IMG/VR virus record: IMGVR_UViG_3300032081_000715
Span: 1-59,213 of that record
From: a virus
Lineage: Duplodnaviria > Caudoviricetes
Length of the DNA: 59,213 nucleotides
Direction: 5' to 3' (one strand)
The position numbers and the translations under genes are program-made. Below the pieces are notes generated by a model. The model ran no database searches and was not told where the DNA came from. It saw only the letters and a list, made by a program, of their open reading frames with translations. This document shows, one piece after another, positions 45,231 through 53,785 of the stretch. Positions within the stretch are counted from its first letter, which is position 1. The number at the start of each line of letters is the position of its first letter.

Positions 45231-45533
45231 ATGAGTAGCAGAGAAATAATGAATGCTAAGGGTTTCGTGGTTGAAGACAAACAAGTCAGAGACGATTATA
45301 ACGGAGAGTTTAGAGATCCTGTTGTAAAACGTGTTGTAGATAAATTTAGATTAAGGTCTGATGAAGGCTTCTTAAAATACGGCACGACTCTTCATGAAGA
45401 GAGAACAACGAAAATGAAAGGTCTAATGAAGTACCTAGTTGATATTCAAGAAGAACTTATGGATGCAATACTGTATATACAGACTGCACAAGAAGAACTT
45501 AAAGATGTATTAAATGAGACGTCGAAAGAATAA
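45231..45533 (+). CDS. Possible all-alpha NTP pyrophosphohydrolase-like protein
   Basis: RS..G..KYGTTL...QEELMDAILY. Confidence 0.45.
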   Translation: MSSREIMNAKGFVVEDKQVRDDYNGEFRDPVVKRVVDKFRLRSDEGFLKYGTTLHEERTTKMKGLMKYLVDIQEELMDAILYIQTAQEELKDVLNETSKE

Positions 45534-45957
45534 ACAGCGAGGTCCTGTTAGGGCAAAGAAGGTTGTATATGACGGTATAACCTTCGCCTCTGGCTTAGAG
45601 AAGTATATGTACAAAGCTTTAAAACAAGCTAACATAAAAAATAAATATGAAGGACAAACATATACTTTAGTAGAGGGGTTTCAGTTTGAAACTTCAAGCT
45701 ACGAAAGACAGTCTAATGGTAAAGGGCAATTTGTAGACAGAGGAAACAAAAAAATATTACCAATTAAATACACTCCAGATTTTGTTGGAGATGGCTTTAT
45801 AATTGAAACAAAAGGAAGAGCAAATGAAAGTTTCCCAATAAGATGGAAATTGTTTAAAAGTTTCATTAACAGATGCTATCCGCATGTAACTTTATATAAG
45901 CCTCAAAACCAAAAAGAGTGTGATCAAGTAATAGAATTATTAACTAAAATTAAATAA
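45514..45957 (+). CDS. Endonuclease/Holliday junction resolvase (T7 endonuclease I-like)
   Basis: FASGLE, YTPDF, IIETKG. Confidence 0.8.
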   Translation: MRRRKNKQRGPVRAKKVVYDGITFASGLEKYMYKALKQANIKNKYEGQTYTLVEGFQFETSSYERQSNGKGQFVDRGNKKILPIKYTPDFVGDGFIIETKGRANESFPIRWKLFKSFINRCYPHVTLYKPQNQKECDQVIELLTKIK

Positions 45958-45958
45958 T

Positions 45959-46096
45959 ATGGATTGGGAATTTAGTATAGGATTTTATCCCGGCGTTCTT
46001 ATTGGTATGAGAACATATAGAGAAAGAAAAAGAAATAATCACGTAGTATATCTACCATTCGTAGATTTTTGTTTAACTACAATTAAAAGAAAATAA
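45959..46096 (+). CDS. Small hypothetical protein (45 aa)
   Basis: MDWEFSIGFYPGVLIGMRTY...YLPFVD; fills the gap before nrdJ. Confidence 0.55.
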   Translation: MDWEFSIGFYPGVLIGMRTYRERKRNNHVVYLPFVDFCLTTIKRK

Positions 46097-46099
46097 TAA

Positions 46100-47965
46100 A
46101 TGAAAGACATTAATAGAAACATACTTTCTGATATCACAGTACATATGAAGTATGCTAGATATATGCCTGAGTTAAATCGTAGAGAGACTTGGGAAGAGCT
46201 AGTTACTAGAAATATGGAGATGCATATCAAGAATTACCCAAAATTAAAAAGCGATATATTAAATGCATATACCTATGTATTTGATAAGAAGGTTTTACCA
46301 TCAATGCGTAGTTTACAATTTGCTGGTAAACCAATACAAGTAAGTCCTAATAGATTATATAACTGTTCGTATTTACCTGTAGATGATATCGAAGCTTTTA
46401 ATGAAATAATGTTTCTGTTACTTTCGGGATGTGGAGTCGGTTATTCGGTTCAACAGCATCATATCAAAGACTTACCTGTAATAACAAAACCTTATATGAA
46501 AAGATCTAAGAGATTTGTTATAGGTGATTCAATTGAAGGTTGGTCTGATTCAGTTAAAGTATTAATTAAATCTTATCTTGGGGGTAATAAAGCTTCTAAA
46601 ATAAACTTTGATTATACTTGTATCAGACCAAAAGGTGCTAGGCTAGTGACATCAGGTGGTAAAGCGCCTGGTCCACAGCCATTAAAAGAATGTTTAATCA
46701 AGGTTGAGGGTATACTTCAATCAAAAGAAGACGGTGATAGGTTAACATCACTTGAAGTACACGATATCGTTTGCCATATAGCTGATGCTGTATTAGCTGG
46801 TGGTATTAGACGGGCTGCATTAATTAGCTTGTTTACTGCTAGTGATAATGAAATGATAGGATGTAAGTCAGGGCATTGGTGGGAAACTAATCCACAAAGA
46901 GGCAGATCTAATAACTCAGCTGTTTTAATGAGACATAAAGTAACAAAAGATTTCTTTATGGACTTATGGAAACGAGTTGAGTTATCTGGAGCTGGAGAAC
47001 CTGGTATATATCTTAATAACGACAAAGACTGGGGAACTAATCCTTGTTGTGAGATAGCGTTAAGGCCTTTTCAGTTCTGTAATCTATGTGAAGTAAATGT
47101 CTCTGATATAGAAGATCAAGAAGATTTTAATAACAGAGTTAAGGCAGCAGCGTTTATTGGAACATTGCAAGCCGCATACACCGACTTCCATTATCTTAGA
47201 GAAATATGGAAAGAGACAACAGAGAAAGACGCTCTTATAGGTGTGTCAATGACAGGAATAGGGAGTGCCGCTGTGCTCCAAATGGATATGAAGGACGCTG
47301 CAAATATCGTGACAAAAGAAAACGCACGAGTAGCGAAGATCATAGGAATAAAGACATCGGCTAGATGCACAACTGTAAAACCTGCAGGGACAACATCTCT
47401 GGTCCTCGGAACATCTTCGGGTATTCATGCTTGGCATAATGATTATTATGTCCGTAGGATGCGCGTAGGAAAGAACGAGGCTATATATAAATATTTATCT
47501 AAGTCACATCCTGAATTAATTGAAGATGAATACTTCAGACCGCACGATACAGCAGTTATATCTGTACCGCAGAAAGCTCCGGCTAAATCAATACTTAGAA
47601 CTGAATCACCGTTTGACACTCTTGAAAGAGTTAAACGTGTAGCTCAAGAGTGGATTAAGCCTGGTCACAAACGTGGTAGTAATACTCACAATGTGTCAGC
47701 TACAATATCTTTGAAAGAAGATGAGTGGGAGAAAGCAGGTGAGTGGATGTGGAGTAATAGAGATTATTACAATGGGTTATCAGTATTACCATATGATGGT
47801 GGTACATACACACAGGCTCCGTTTGAGGACATTGACGAAGCTGAATACAATAAAATGTCCAAGGTATTATCTGATGTTGATTTAACAAAAATAATAGAGA
47901 CTGATGATAACACAGATCTATCAGGCGAGTTAGCTTGCGCTGGTGGTAACTGTGAAATTAATTAA
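46100..47965 (+). CDS. nrdJ: Class II (B12-dependent) ribonucleotide reductase
   Basis: YNCSY, GTNPCCEI, TVKPAGT, C-terminal CAGGNC; no beta subunit gene. Confidence 0.9.
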   Translation: MKDINRNILSDITVHMKYARYMPELNRRETWEELVTRNMEMHIKNYPKLKSDILNAYTYVFDKKVLPSMRSLQFAGKPIQVSPNRLYNCSYLPVDDIEAFNEIMFLLLSGCGVGYSVQQHHIKDLPVITKPYMKRSKRFVIGDSIEGWSDSVKVLIKSYLGGNKASKINFDYTCIRPKGARLVTSGGKAPGPQPLKECLIKVEGILQSKEDGDRLTSLEVHDIVCHIADAVLAGGIRRAALISLFTASDNEMIGCKSGHWWETNPQRGRSNNSAVLMRHKVTKDFFMDLWKRVELSGAGEPGIYLNNDKDWGTNPCCEIALRPFQFCNLCEVNVSDIEDQEDFNNRVKAAAFIGTLQAAYTDFHYLREIWKETTEKDALIGVSMTGIGSAAVLQMDMKDAANIVTKENARVAKIIGIKTSARCTTVKPAGTTSLVLGTSSGIHAWHNDYYVRRMRVGKNEAIYKYLSKSHPELIEDEYFRPHDTAVISVPQKAPAKSILRTESPFDTLERVKRVAQEWIKPGHKRGSNTHNVSATISLKEDEWEKAGEWMWSNRDYYNGLSVLPYDGGTYTQAPFEDIDEAEYNKMSKVLSDVDLTKIIETDDNTDLSGELACAGGNCEIN

Positions 47966-47984
47966 TTAAATAAAATTTTATAAT

Positions 47985-48167
47985 ATGGGTTTAAATGAAT
48001 TATTAGATGCTATGCAAGATGAAATGCACAGCGCTCACGAAGAAATAGAAAAGTTTATGGGTGGAAATAAATCAGCCGGAACTAGAGCTAGAAAGAGTAT
48101 GCAGTCAATTAAAGAAGCTGCTCAAAACGTAAGATTACAAATTCAAGAAATAAAAAATAATTCTTAA
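47985..48167 (+). CDS. Histone H1-like (Hc1 family) small DNA-binding protein
   Basis: GNKSAGTRARK motif. Confidence 0.7.
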   Translation: MGLNELLDAMQDEMHSAHEEIEKFMGGNKSAGTRARKSMQSIKEAAQNVRLQIQEIKNNS

Positions 48168-48172
48168 ATAAT

Positions 48173-48202
48173 AAAGGGAGCTTAATTGCTCCCTTTTTTT
48201 TT
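48173..48202. terminator. Intrinsic terminator between converging arms, probably bidirectional
   Basis: AAAGGGAGC-TTAATT-GCTCCCTTT followed by T-run. Confidence 0.85.
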
Positions 48203-48452
48203 AATCTACTTCATCAAAGTTTTGATCTTCAATGCTAAAGCTAGGATCTTGTTCTTTAATTTGTTTAATTAAATCTTTACCTCTTTGCCCTGAAGGATTA
48301 TCTAAATTAAATAATTCTTTTTTTAATTCACCTACACTAACTTTCTTTTTTTCAGTATTCATTTCAAAATTAGGATCAAGGTCTTTACGTATTGTTTCTG
48401 TTTTTTTGTAAGGTTCACCCATCATTGGAAACCCTTTCATTTTAAATGCCAT
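48201..48452 (-). CDS. MAFKMK-leader small protein
   Basis: MAFKMKGFPMMGEPYKK. Confidence 0.65.
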   Translation of the reverse strand: MAFKMKGFPMMGEPYKKTETIRKDLDPNFEMNTEKKKVSVGELKKELFNLDNPSGQRGKDLIKQIKEQDPSFSIEDQNFDEVD

Positions 48453-48463
48453 AGCTTTATATT

Positions 48464-49798
48464 TTATTTGTTATCGTATATATTAAAAATTCTTTTTGTA
48501 AGACCTACTTTTTTACTTAAGGCTGTCTTTTTAAAATCATAGTATTCATCTGTTCCAAACTCATACGGATTTTTTCTAGTCATAGCAGACTGTGGGGTTG
48601 CTGAATCAGCAAACATTGCTGCTCTTTTTTCTTTTCTATCAACAATTCCATCTTTATTAGTATCTCTTGGGTCATAAGTTTCTTCTTTACTTTCATTATC
48701 GCTTGTTATAGTCTCATTTACATTTGCATCAACAGATTCATTACCACCTTCGGATCCCATTATAGAAGGCTCTTCTGGTATATTAAATTCTTCGCTATCT
48801 GCTGGTAAGTTTGCTTGTATATCAGATTCTATATTTGCTTTTTCTTGTTCTTCTTTTTTCTTCTGCCTGTCATACTTTCTTTTTTCTTTCTTACTCATGT
48901 CAGCATACATAGCGTCATCAAAAAAGCTTTTAGTATCTACATCTACTTGACCAAATGAGTGTATACCTTGTAAATCATCTTTTAAGTGTGGCTTGTTTCT
49001 TAAATAATCGGCAGCAGTACCACCATACTTTTCAATGTGTTCTTCAACTCTTCTTTTAGCATCTGTGGCTTTTCTATTAGCTACAGATATATTTCTTAAC
49101 TCAGCATTGTCAGCATGTAATCTAGCTTTGTTTTCGTTTAACTTATAATCACCTTCTTTAAAATCAATACCAAGTTTATCTAGTTTACTACCTACCATTC
49201 CCATGTTTGGTGTATAACCTTCGTCTGCAGCTAATTTTAATTCATTGTGTATATTAAGCGCTTGGGTAGTTTCGTCTTCAAATCTTTCTCTTAATTTACT
49301 ATCTGGGCCAGTTGAATTTGTACTTTGTTTCCAAGCTTCAAATGAAGCATCGTCCATTTGTAAATCACCACTTATAGGTAGATCGCCTCTATAATTTTTA
49401 ATTGTTTTACTTAAGTCCTTAACATACCTATCGTAATCTTGTTGTTCTTGTTTATTTCTAGCGCCTAAATTAAACTGGTCATAACCAGCACCTTCGTCTT
49501 TAAGTCCAGGATACGCTTCGTGATATTCATCTGTAGCCTGAGTAGAACCCGTAAGCCTACCTTTAGTTTTTCTTACAACTCCTTCTCCTGGTAATCTATC
49601 CATAGCCTTATCACCAGAAGGCGAATCACCTATACTTATATAATCAGCATCACTGTACGCACTCCATTGATTTGGGTCCTCAGGATCAGGTTCTAGATTT
49701 TTACCTTTATTAAATCGCACTGACTGTGGCACATATTCTGTTTTTGCAAAACCTTTAGTTCCTTTGTGCTTAGGAAATCCTTTCATTTTAAACGTCAT
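48464..49798 (-). CDS. MTFKMK-leader protein, with EF-hand-like loop
   Basis: 444 aa; MTFKMKGFPK; DTNKDGIVDRKE. Confidence 0.65.
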   Translation of the reverse strand: MTFKMKGFPKHKGTKGFAKTEYVPQSVRFNKGKNLEPDPEDPNQWSAYSDADYISIGDSPSGDKAMDRLPGEGVVRKTKGRLTGSTQATDEYHEAYPGLKDEGAGYDQFNLGARNKQEQQDYDRYVKDLSKTIKNYRGDLPISGDLQMDDASFEAWKQSTNSTGPDSKLRERFEDETTQALNIHNELKLAADEGYTPNMGMVGSKLDKLGIDFKEGDYKLNENKARLHADNAELRNISVANRKATDAKRRVEEHIEKYGGTAADYLRNKPHLKDDLQGIHSFGQVDVDTKSFFDDAMYADMSKKEKRKYDRQKKKEEQEKANIESDIQANLPADSEEFNIPEEPSIMGSEGGNESVDANVNETITSDNESKEETYDPRDTNKDGIVDRKEKRAAMFADSATPQSAMTRKNPYEFGTDEYYDFKKTALSKKVGLTKRIFNIYDNK

Positions 49799-49799
49799 A

Positions 49800-50207
49800 T
49801 TATTGAAATTTATTTAGTGTTATAGTATCAACAGAATGTTGTACCGTTTTTTTATCCGCTTCTAATTTAAACATTACGTTAGGGTCGAAGCGTTCCTTTT
49901 CAATACCGTTATCAAATATAATAACCGTTGGGATAGCTGTAACGTTATAATCATTTTGAACGTCCATAGATGACATAATATCAATTCGATATACATTACA
50001 TCCTTTTAATTTATTTAATTCATTAAACTGATTCATTTGATTCCACTCCGCCCAAAACTCTACAGCTACAACGTCTTTAGCTATCTTATCTTTAAAGTTA
50101 TTTGTATTAATAAAATCTTGAGAGAATAAACTAGACGTGCCTAGTAAGTATATTATAAATAATACAACTACATACAACCAAGTAGAAATATCTATTTGCC
50201 TTTTCAT
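49800..50207 (-). CDS. Exported thioredoxin-fold protein lacking CxxC
   Basis: Signal/TM N-terminus; VAVEFWAEWN; YNVTAIPTVIIFDNG. Confidence 0.7.
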   Translation of the reverse strand: MKRQIDISTWLYVVVLFIIYLLGTSSLFSQDFINTNNFKDKIAKDVVAVEFWAEWNQMNQFNELNKLKGCNVYRIDIMSSMDVQNDYNVTAIPTVIIFDNGIEKERFDPNVMFKLEADKKTVQHSVDTITLNKFQ

Positions 50208-50548
50208 TGTCTTAATAGTCTTATTTCCTCTTTCAATTCATCTATCTCCTTTACTAATGCGTCAATTTGATTACGGGCCATTTGATCTTTCATGTTAAAC
50301 TCCATACGAGTTGGTGGCCAAGTGTTACTAGCAGCTGGGTCACCCATATCTATAGTATAAGTACCAGTACCAGGTTTAGGTTTTTCTAAAGCCTCTTCTA
50401 CCTTACCTTCTAATTCTACAAACTTAGAATTTATACTACTCATTAAACCAAAATAAGCAGATATAATTGTAGCAACAGCTACAACTATAGTTATTAATGT
50501 TTTAATACTAATTTGAAACTTACTTTCTTCTGAAAGTTCTTTAGCCAT
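50204..50548 (-). CDS. Membrane-anchored coiled-coil protein
   Basis: One TM segment plus C-terminal heptads. Confidence 0.6.
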   Translation of the reverse strand: MAKELSEESKFQISIKTLITIVVAVATIISAYFGLMSSINSKFVELEGKVEEALEKPKPGTGTYTIDMGDPAASNTWPPTRMEFNMKDQMARNQIDALVKEIDELKEEIRLLRQ

Positions 50549-50550
50549 AA

Positions 50551-50721
50551 TTATTTAATTATAGGTGTTTTTATATTTCCACCGTCGCCAAAGTTGTATG
50601 CCGGTGGTTGGTTTTCTATTTTAGGTTCTTGCATTGATACTTCAGATTTAGTTTTTCTCATGTGATCAATACACATTTTAATACCAGGTAGTGCCTGGTT
50701 TCTATATCCTTTTTTATACAT
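50551..50721 (-). CDS. Small hypothetical protein (56 aa)
   Basis: Hand-translated MYKKGYRNQALPGIK...TPIIK*; fills the gap exactly. Confidence 0.55.
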   Translation of the reverse strand: MYKKGYRNQALPGIKMCIDHMRKTKSEVSMQEPKIENQPPAYNFGDGGNIKTPIIK

Positions 50722-50723
50722 AA

Positions 50724-51422
50724 CTATTTTATTTTAAGTTTAATTTTACCATCTTCAATATATAATCCTTCTGGTTCTTTTATTGCTTGCCCGTTAATAT
50801 TATATATTACACTATTTTTCTTAGATTTATTTATAAGCTCATCTATGTTAGAGCTGCAAGGCAAACCTGTGTCACAATCTACATACTCTGTAATATATTC
50901 TATAAACTCTACGTATTCTATTTCTACAATGGTATCATAAACAAACACATCCACGTATTCAATAACATCAATAAATAAAGTATCTAATATATCTTCATAT
51001 ACTGTTACTGTATCAATAATATAAATATACTCAGGTACAAATACTTCTACTTCTACAGTATCAATTATAATTTCATATATATACTCTGGTATAGTATCGA
51101 ATATAGTTTCATATTGAATAACATCTACATAAACCGTATCACAAGGTGGAGGCCCAATAGGCCCACAGTCTTCTATTAAAGTTGGTATAGCGTCTGCTTC
51201 ATCGCTACCATCTACACAATCTTCCCACCCGTCGTTTAAGTAAAATAAATCTGGACCATTAGGTACGCAACCATTTGGAGCGTATTGTGTCCAGTTAGCT
51301 GGATCATCTCCACAATAGAAACCGTTTTGTTCAGCACAGTCTAAGCATAATTGTTGAAAGTCGAGTTGCGCATAAGCGAACGAGCTTATAAACGCAAATA
51401 AAATTATAGTATATTTATTCAT
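50724..51422 (-). CDS. Secreted protein: signal peptide + LDLa-like module + DT-hydrophobic repeats + T9SS-like CTD
   Basis: AYA/Q cleavage site; NDGWEDCVDGSDE; IYNINGQ....PEGLYIEDGKIK. Confidence 0.65.
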   Translation of the reverse strand: MNKYTIILFAFISSFAYAQLDFQQLCLDCAEQNGFYCGDDPANWTQYAPNGCVPNGPDLFYLNDGWEDCVDGSDEADAIPTLIEDCGPIGPPPCDTVYVDVIQYETIFDTIPEYIYEIIIDTVEVEVFVPEYIYIIDTVTVYEDILDTLFIDVIEYVDVFVYDTIVEIEYVEFIEYITEYVDCDTGLPCSSNIDELINKSKKNSVIYNINGQAIKEPEGLYIEDGKIKLKIK

Positions 51423-51433
51423 AGTTATTTATT

Positions 51434-51754
51434 TTAAAGGTTTGGTAACATTTTCTTTTCTGAAAGAAATCTTAAGTACATTTTTTTCTGCTTATTTAAA
51501 GCTTGAGTCAAATTACTTAATTTTTTATTGTTATCTGACATGTGTTTATCATATTCATTTGTTCCTTTTTCATGAGGATTATTTTTCAAACTTTTCTTAG
51601 CTTCATCTATTAACCCTTGAGTATGCTTCATGTCATGCTTTTGCTCATCTGCCTGGTCTAAACCAGAAGGTGGATCTTGATTTTCAGCTATTTTCTTCTT
51701 ATCGTCTCCGTTTGTTTTTGTAAATGCGGAAAACCCGCTCATCTTAAATGCCAT
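51434..51754 (-). CDS. MAFKMS-leader small protein
   Basis: MAFKMSGFSAFTK. Confidence 0.65.
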   Translation of the reverse strand: MAFKMSGFSAFTKTNGDDKKKIAENQDPPSGLDQADEQKHDMKHTQGLIDEAKKSLKNNPHEKGTNEYDKHMSDNNKKLSNLTQALNKQKKMYLRFLSEKKMLPNL

Positions 51755-51757
51755 ATC

Positions 51758-52819
51758 TTAAAATATTAAATAGTTAAACCCAAATTTTACTTCGTATATT
51801 TCTTTACCCCAATATCTCATATGCGTGCCTTCTACAAATAAACCTAAGTGTTGTGTTATCTTAGTTCCAAATATAATACCAGCGTCCCACTCTGCCATAC
51901 TGTCTTCGTATTCATATGAGTAATCATCTAACCCTTTATGGTATGGTAAAAAATTATACCACGTGTGTAGCCAAAATGTTGGTGTATATTTATAATAAGC
52001 TACACCAATAACCGCGCTTAATTCTTTTTGCATACCTAACTTCTCAAGCTCACGCATGTTATAGTTAGCAACAGCACTACCAAAGTAGTGATTGAAGAAC
52101 TCATCATTAGAGGTAGCTACTAATACTGAGTCCCCACCACTAACATCATACCAATTTTGGTCAACATAAAAACCTTGTACCCACTGTTCTGGTGCATAAC
52201 CAAAGTCTTCAGCTAAATCTTGAAATGTATTTTCTCCTGGTACCCAAAAATCTTCTATAGGATTTACCCCATAAACTGGGTGTATTCTAAATATAGTTCC
52301 AATAGTAAAATCCCAATTACCTTTATTTAATCTAATTCTATAATCTAATGATGAATATCTTAAATTTACCCTTTCATTATCTGCGTACTGTGCTTTAACC
52401 ACAAACCAATCGCCGAGGTAACGTAACCAAAAATTTTGCTCAGTAAACTTTTCACCACGATTACGTATAAAAGAATAATTAAACAAATACTCCCAGCCAT
52501 TAGCATTACCAATAGTAACATTGTCTGCAGTATTTCTTTCGGTTCCAGTGTACCATGTTTGTCTTTTAGTTTCATAATCAAATCTTGCTATTTTACGCAC
52601 GCCTAACGTTAAGTTGTAATCGTACGCATTAATTTCAGTTATGTCTTCATAACCTTTTAATACAGCTCTATAATCCTCTCTTTCAACAAACGATGTATTC
52701 ATAGACATCGATGTATAAAAAGTTGAGTACTTAAAGAAATCTTTAGTTTGTGCACAACATTTCTTTGGTGTAGCACATGATATTAGTAATACTACTAATA
52801 ATAATAATAATTTTTTCAT
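51758..52819 (-). CDS. Putative outer-membrane beta-barrel protein
   Basis: Signal peptide (LLISC); alternating aromatic strands; C-terminal YEVKFGFNYLIF. Confidence 0.65.
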   Translation of the reverse strand: MKKLLLLLVVLLISCATPKKCCAQTKDFFKYSTFYTSMSMNTSFVEREDYRAVLKGYEDITEINAYDYNLTLGVRKIARFDYETKRQTWYTGTERNTADNVTIGNANGWEYLFNYSFIRNRGEKFTEQNFWLRYLGDWFVVKAQYADNERVNLRYSSLDYRIRLNKGNWDFTIGTIFRIHPVYGVNPIEDFWVPGENTFQDLAEDFGYAPEQWVQGFYVDQNWYDVSGGDSVLVATSNDEFFNHYFGSAVANYNMRELEKLGMQKELSAVIGVAYYKYTPTFWLHTWYNFLPYHKGLDDYSYEYEDSMAEWDAGIIFGTKITQHLGLFVEGTHMRYWGKEIYEVKFGFNYLIF

Positions 52820-52902
52820 TTTGTTTTTCTTATTATTTTAAAAATTACCAAACCGATTATTGCAGCGGTTGTACATATAGGGCAAGGACATATAGCTAGC
52901 AT
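52816..52902 (-). CDS. Microprotein (28 aa) with CPCxxC and hydrophobic segment
   Basis: MLAICPCPICTTAAIIGLVIFKIIRKTK; overlaps both neighbours. Confidence 0.55.
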   Translation of the reverse strand: MLAICPCPICTTAAIIGLVIFKIIRKTK

Positions 52903-53174
52903 TTCCATCTTCTTCTAGCAGCTAAGCCTCTTTTACTTTTCCAGCCTTTTGATCTAGCACAGAACGATTTTCTACGTTTAGCCGCTTTGCTACCTGGTTT
53001 TACTTTACCTGTAACCGGTGCTGATAAAGTACTACCTGGGTTTTGTTTTTTATAAGCTTTTCTACCTGCTTCAGTCATACCCGCACCTTCTTTAGTTGAA
53101 AGAAAGTGTCTACCTTTACCCTTAGTAGTTTTCCTTAATTTTGTAAACGGATTATTTAATTGTATAAATGCCAT
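52896..53174 (-). CDS. Small basic protein (DUF6321-like) with MAFIQ..NPFTK leader
   Basis: GMT.AG...NPGS.L...RRKSFCAR...RWKC; start reassigned to 53174. Confidence 0.65.
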   Translation of the reverse strand: MAFIQLNNPFTKLRKTTKGKGRHFLSTKEGAGMTEAGRKAYKKQNPGSTLSAPVTGKVKPGSKAAKRRKSFCARSKGWKSKRGLAARRRWKC

Positions 53175-53175
53175 A

Positions 53176-53541
53176 TTATTTTTCTCCACATTTTTTAGAA
53201 GGATTATTAACTTGCCTCCAGTCTTCTTTTTTAAACCAATCTCTTAAAGTAGATCCTTTTTTACGAGCACCTTTAACATTTGTTTTAGAAGATCGTCTAT
53301 ACTTACCTGCTTTACCAGATTTTTTTTTAGCACGAACAAGCTTGTCTCGTTCAGACTTACTCATGCTACGTATCTTGTCAATAGGTAAACAAGTCTTAGT
53401 TGTACCACCACCTTTTTGTTTAGTTAATGGAGATATTTTTTTACAACTACCTTTACTGTAAGGTTTTTTTCCACGAACTGCTCTATAACCTTTCCAGCAT
53501 CTTTTAGTAAATGGCTCAAAACCTTGCATTTCAAAAGCCAT
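53176..53541 (-). CDS. Small basic protein with MAFEMQ..EPFTK leader
   Basis: CWKGY and LRDWFKKEDW motifs; internal SPLTK. Confidence 0.65.
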   Translation of the reverse strand: MAFEMQGFEPFTKRCWKGYRAVRGKKPYSKGSCKKISPLTKQKGGGTTKTCLPIDKIRSMSKSERDKLVRAKKKSGKAGKYRRSSKTNVKGARKKGSTLRDWFKKEDWRQVNNPSKKCGEK

Positions 53542-53543
53542 AG

Positions 53544-53774
53544 CTATTTCTTTTTCTTTTTACCTCCACCAAACTTACTAGGTCCACCAGCTTTTGTACA
53601 TCTAACGCCCCAACCAGAAGCATAAGCGCTTGGCCATACTTTAAACTTACGTTTAGCAGCAGCCTTACAAGGTCCGCTAATTTTAGCAAACGGACTCATT
53701 TGTTCCATGCGTCTTCTACCACATCCTGTTCTAGGAAATGGGTTATTTTCTTGTACAAATTTTTTTAAAGCCAT
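53544..53774 (-). CDS. Small basic protein (DUF5872-like)
   Basis: AKRKFKVWPSAYASG; SPFAK. Confidence 0.6.
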   Translation of the reverse strand: MALKKFVQENNPFPRTGCGRRRMEQMSPFAKISGPCKAAAKRKFKVWPSAYASGWGVRCTKAGGPSKFGGGKKKKK

Positions 53775-53785
53775 AGTTTATTTTT

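Noticed and set aside
31728-47888. Minus-strand and nested ORFs in the early/replication arm
   Set aside because: Antisense to coherent plus-strand genes, the tRNA or promoters
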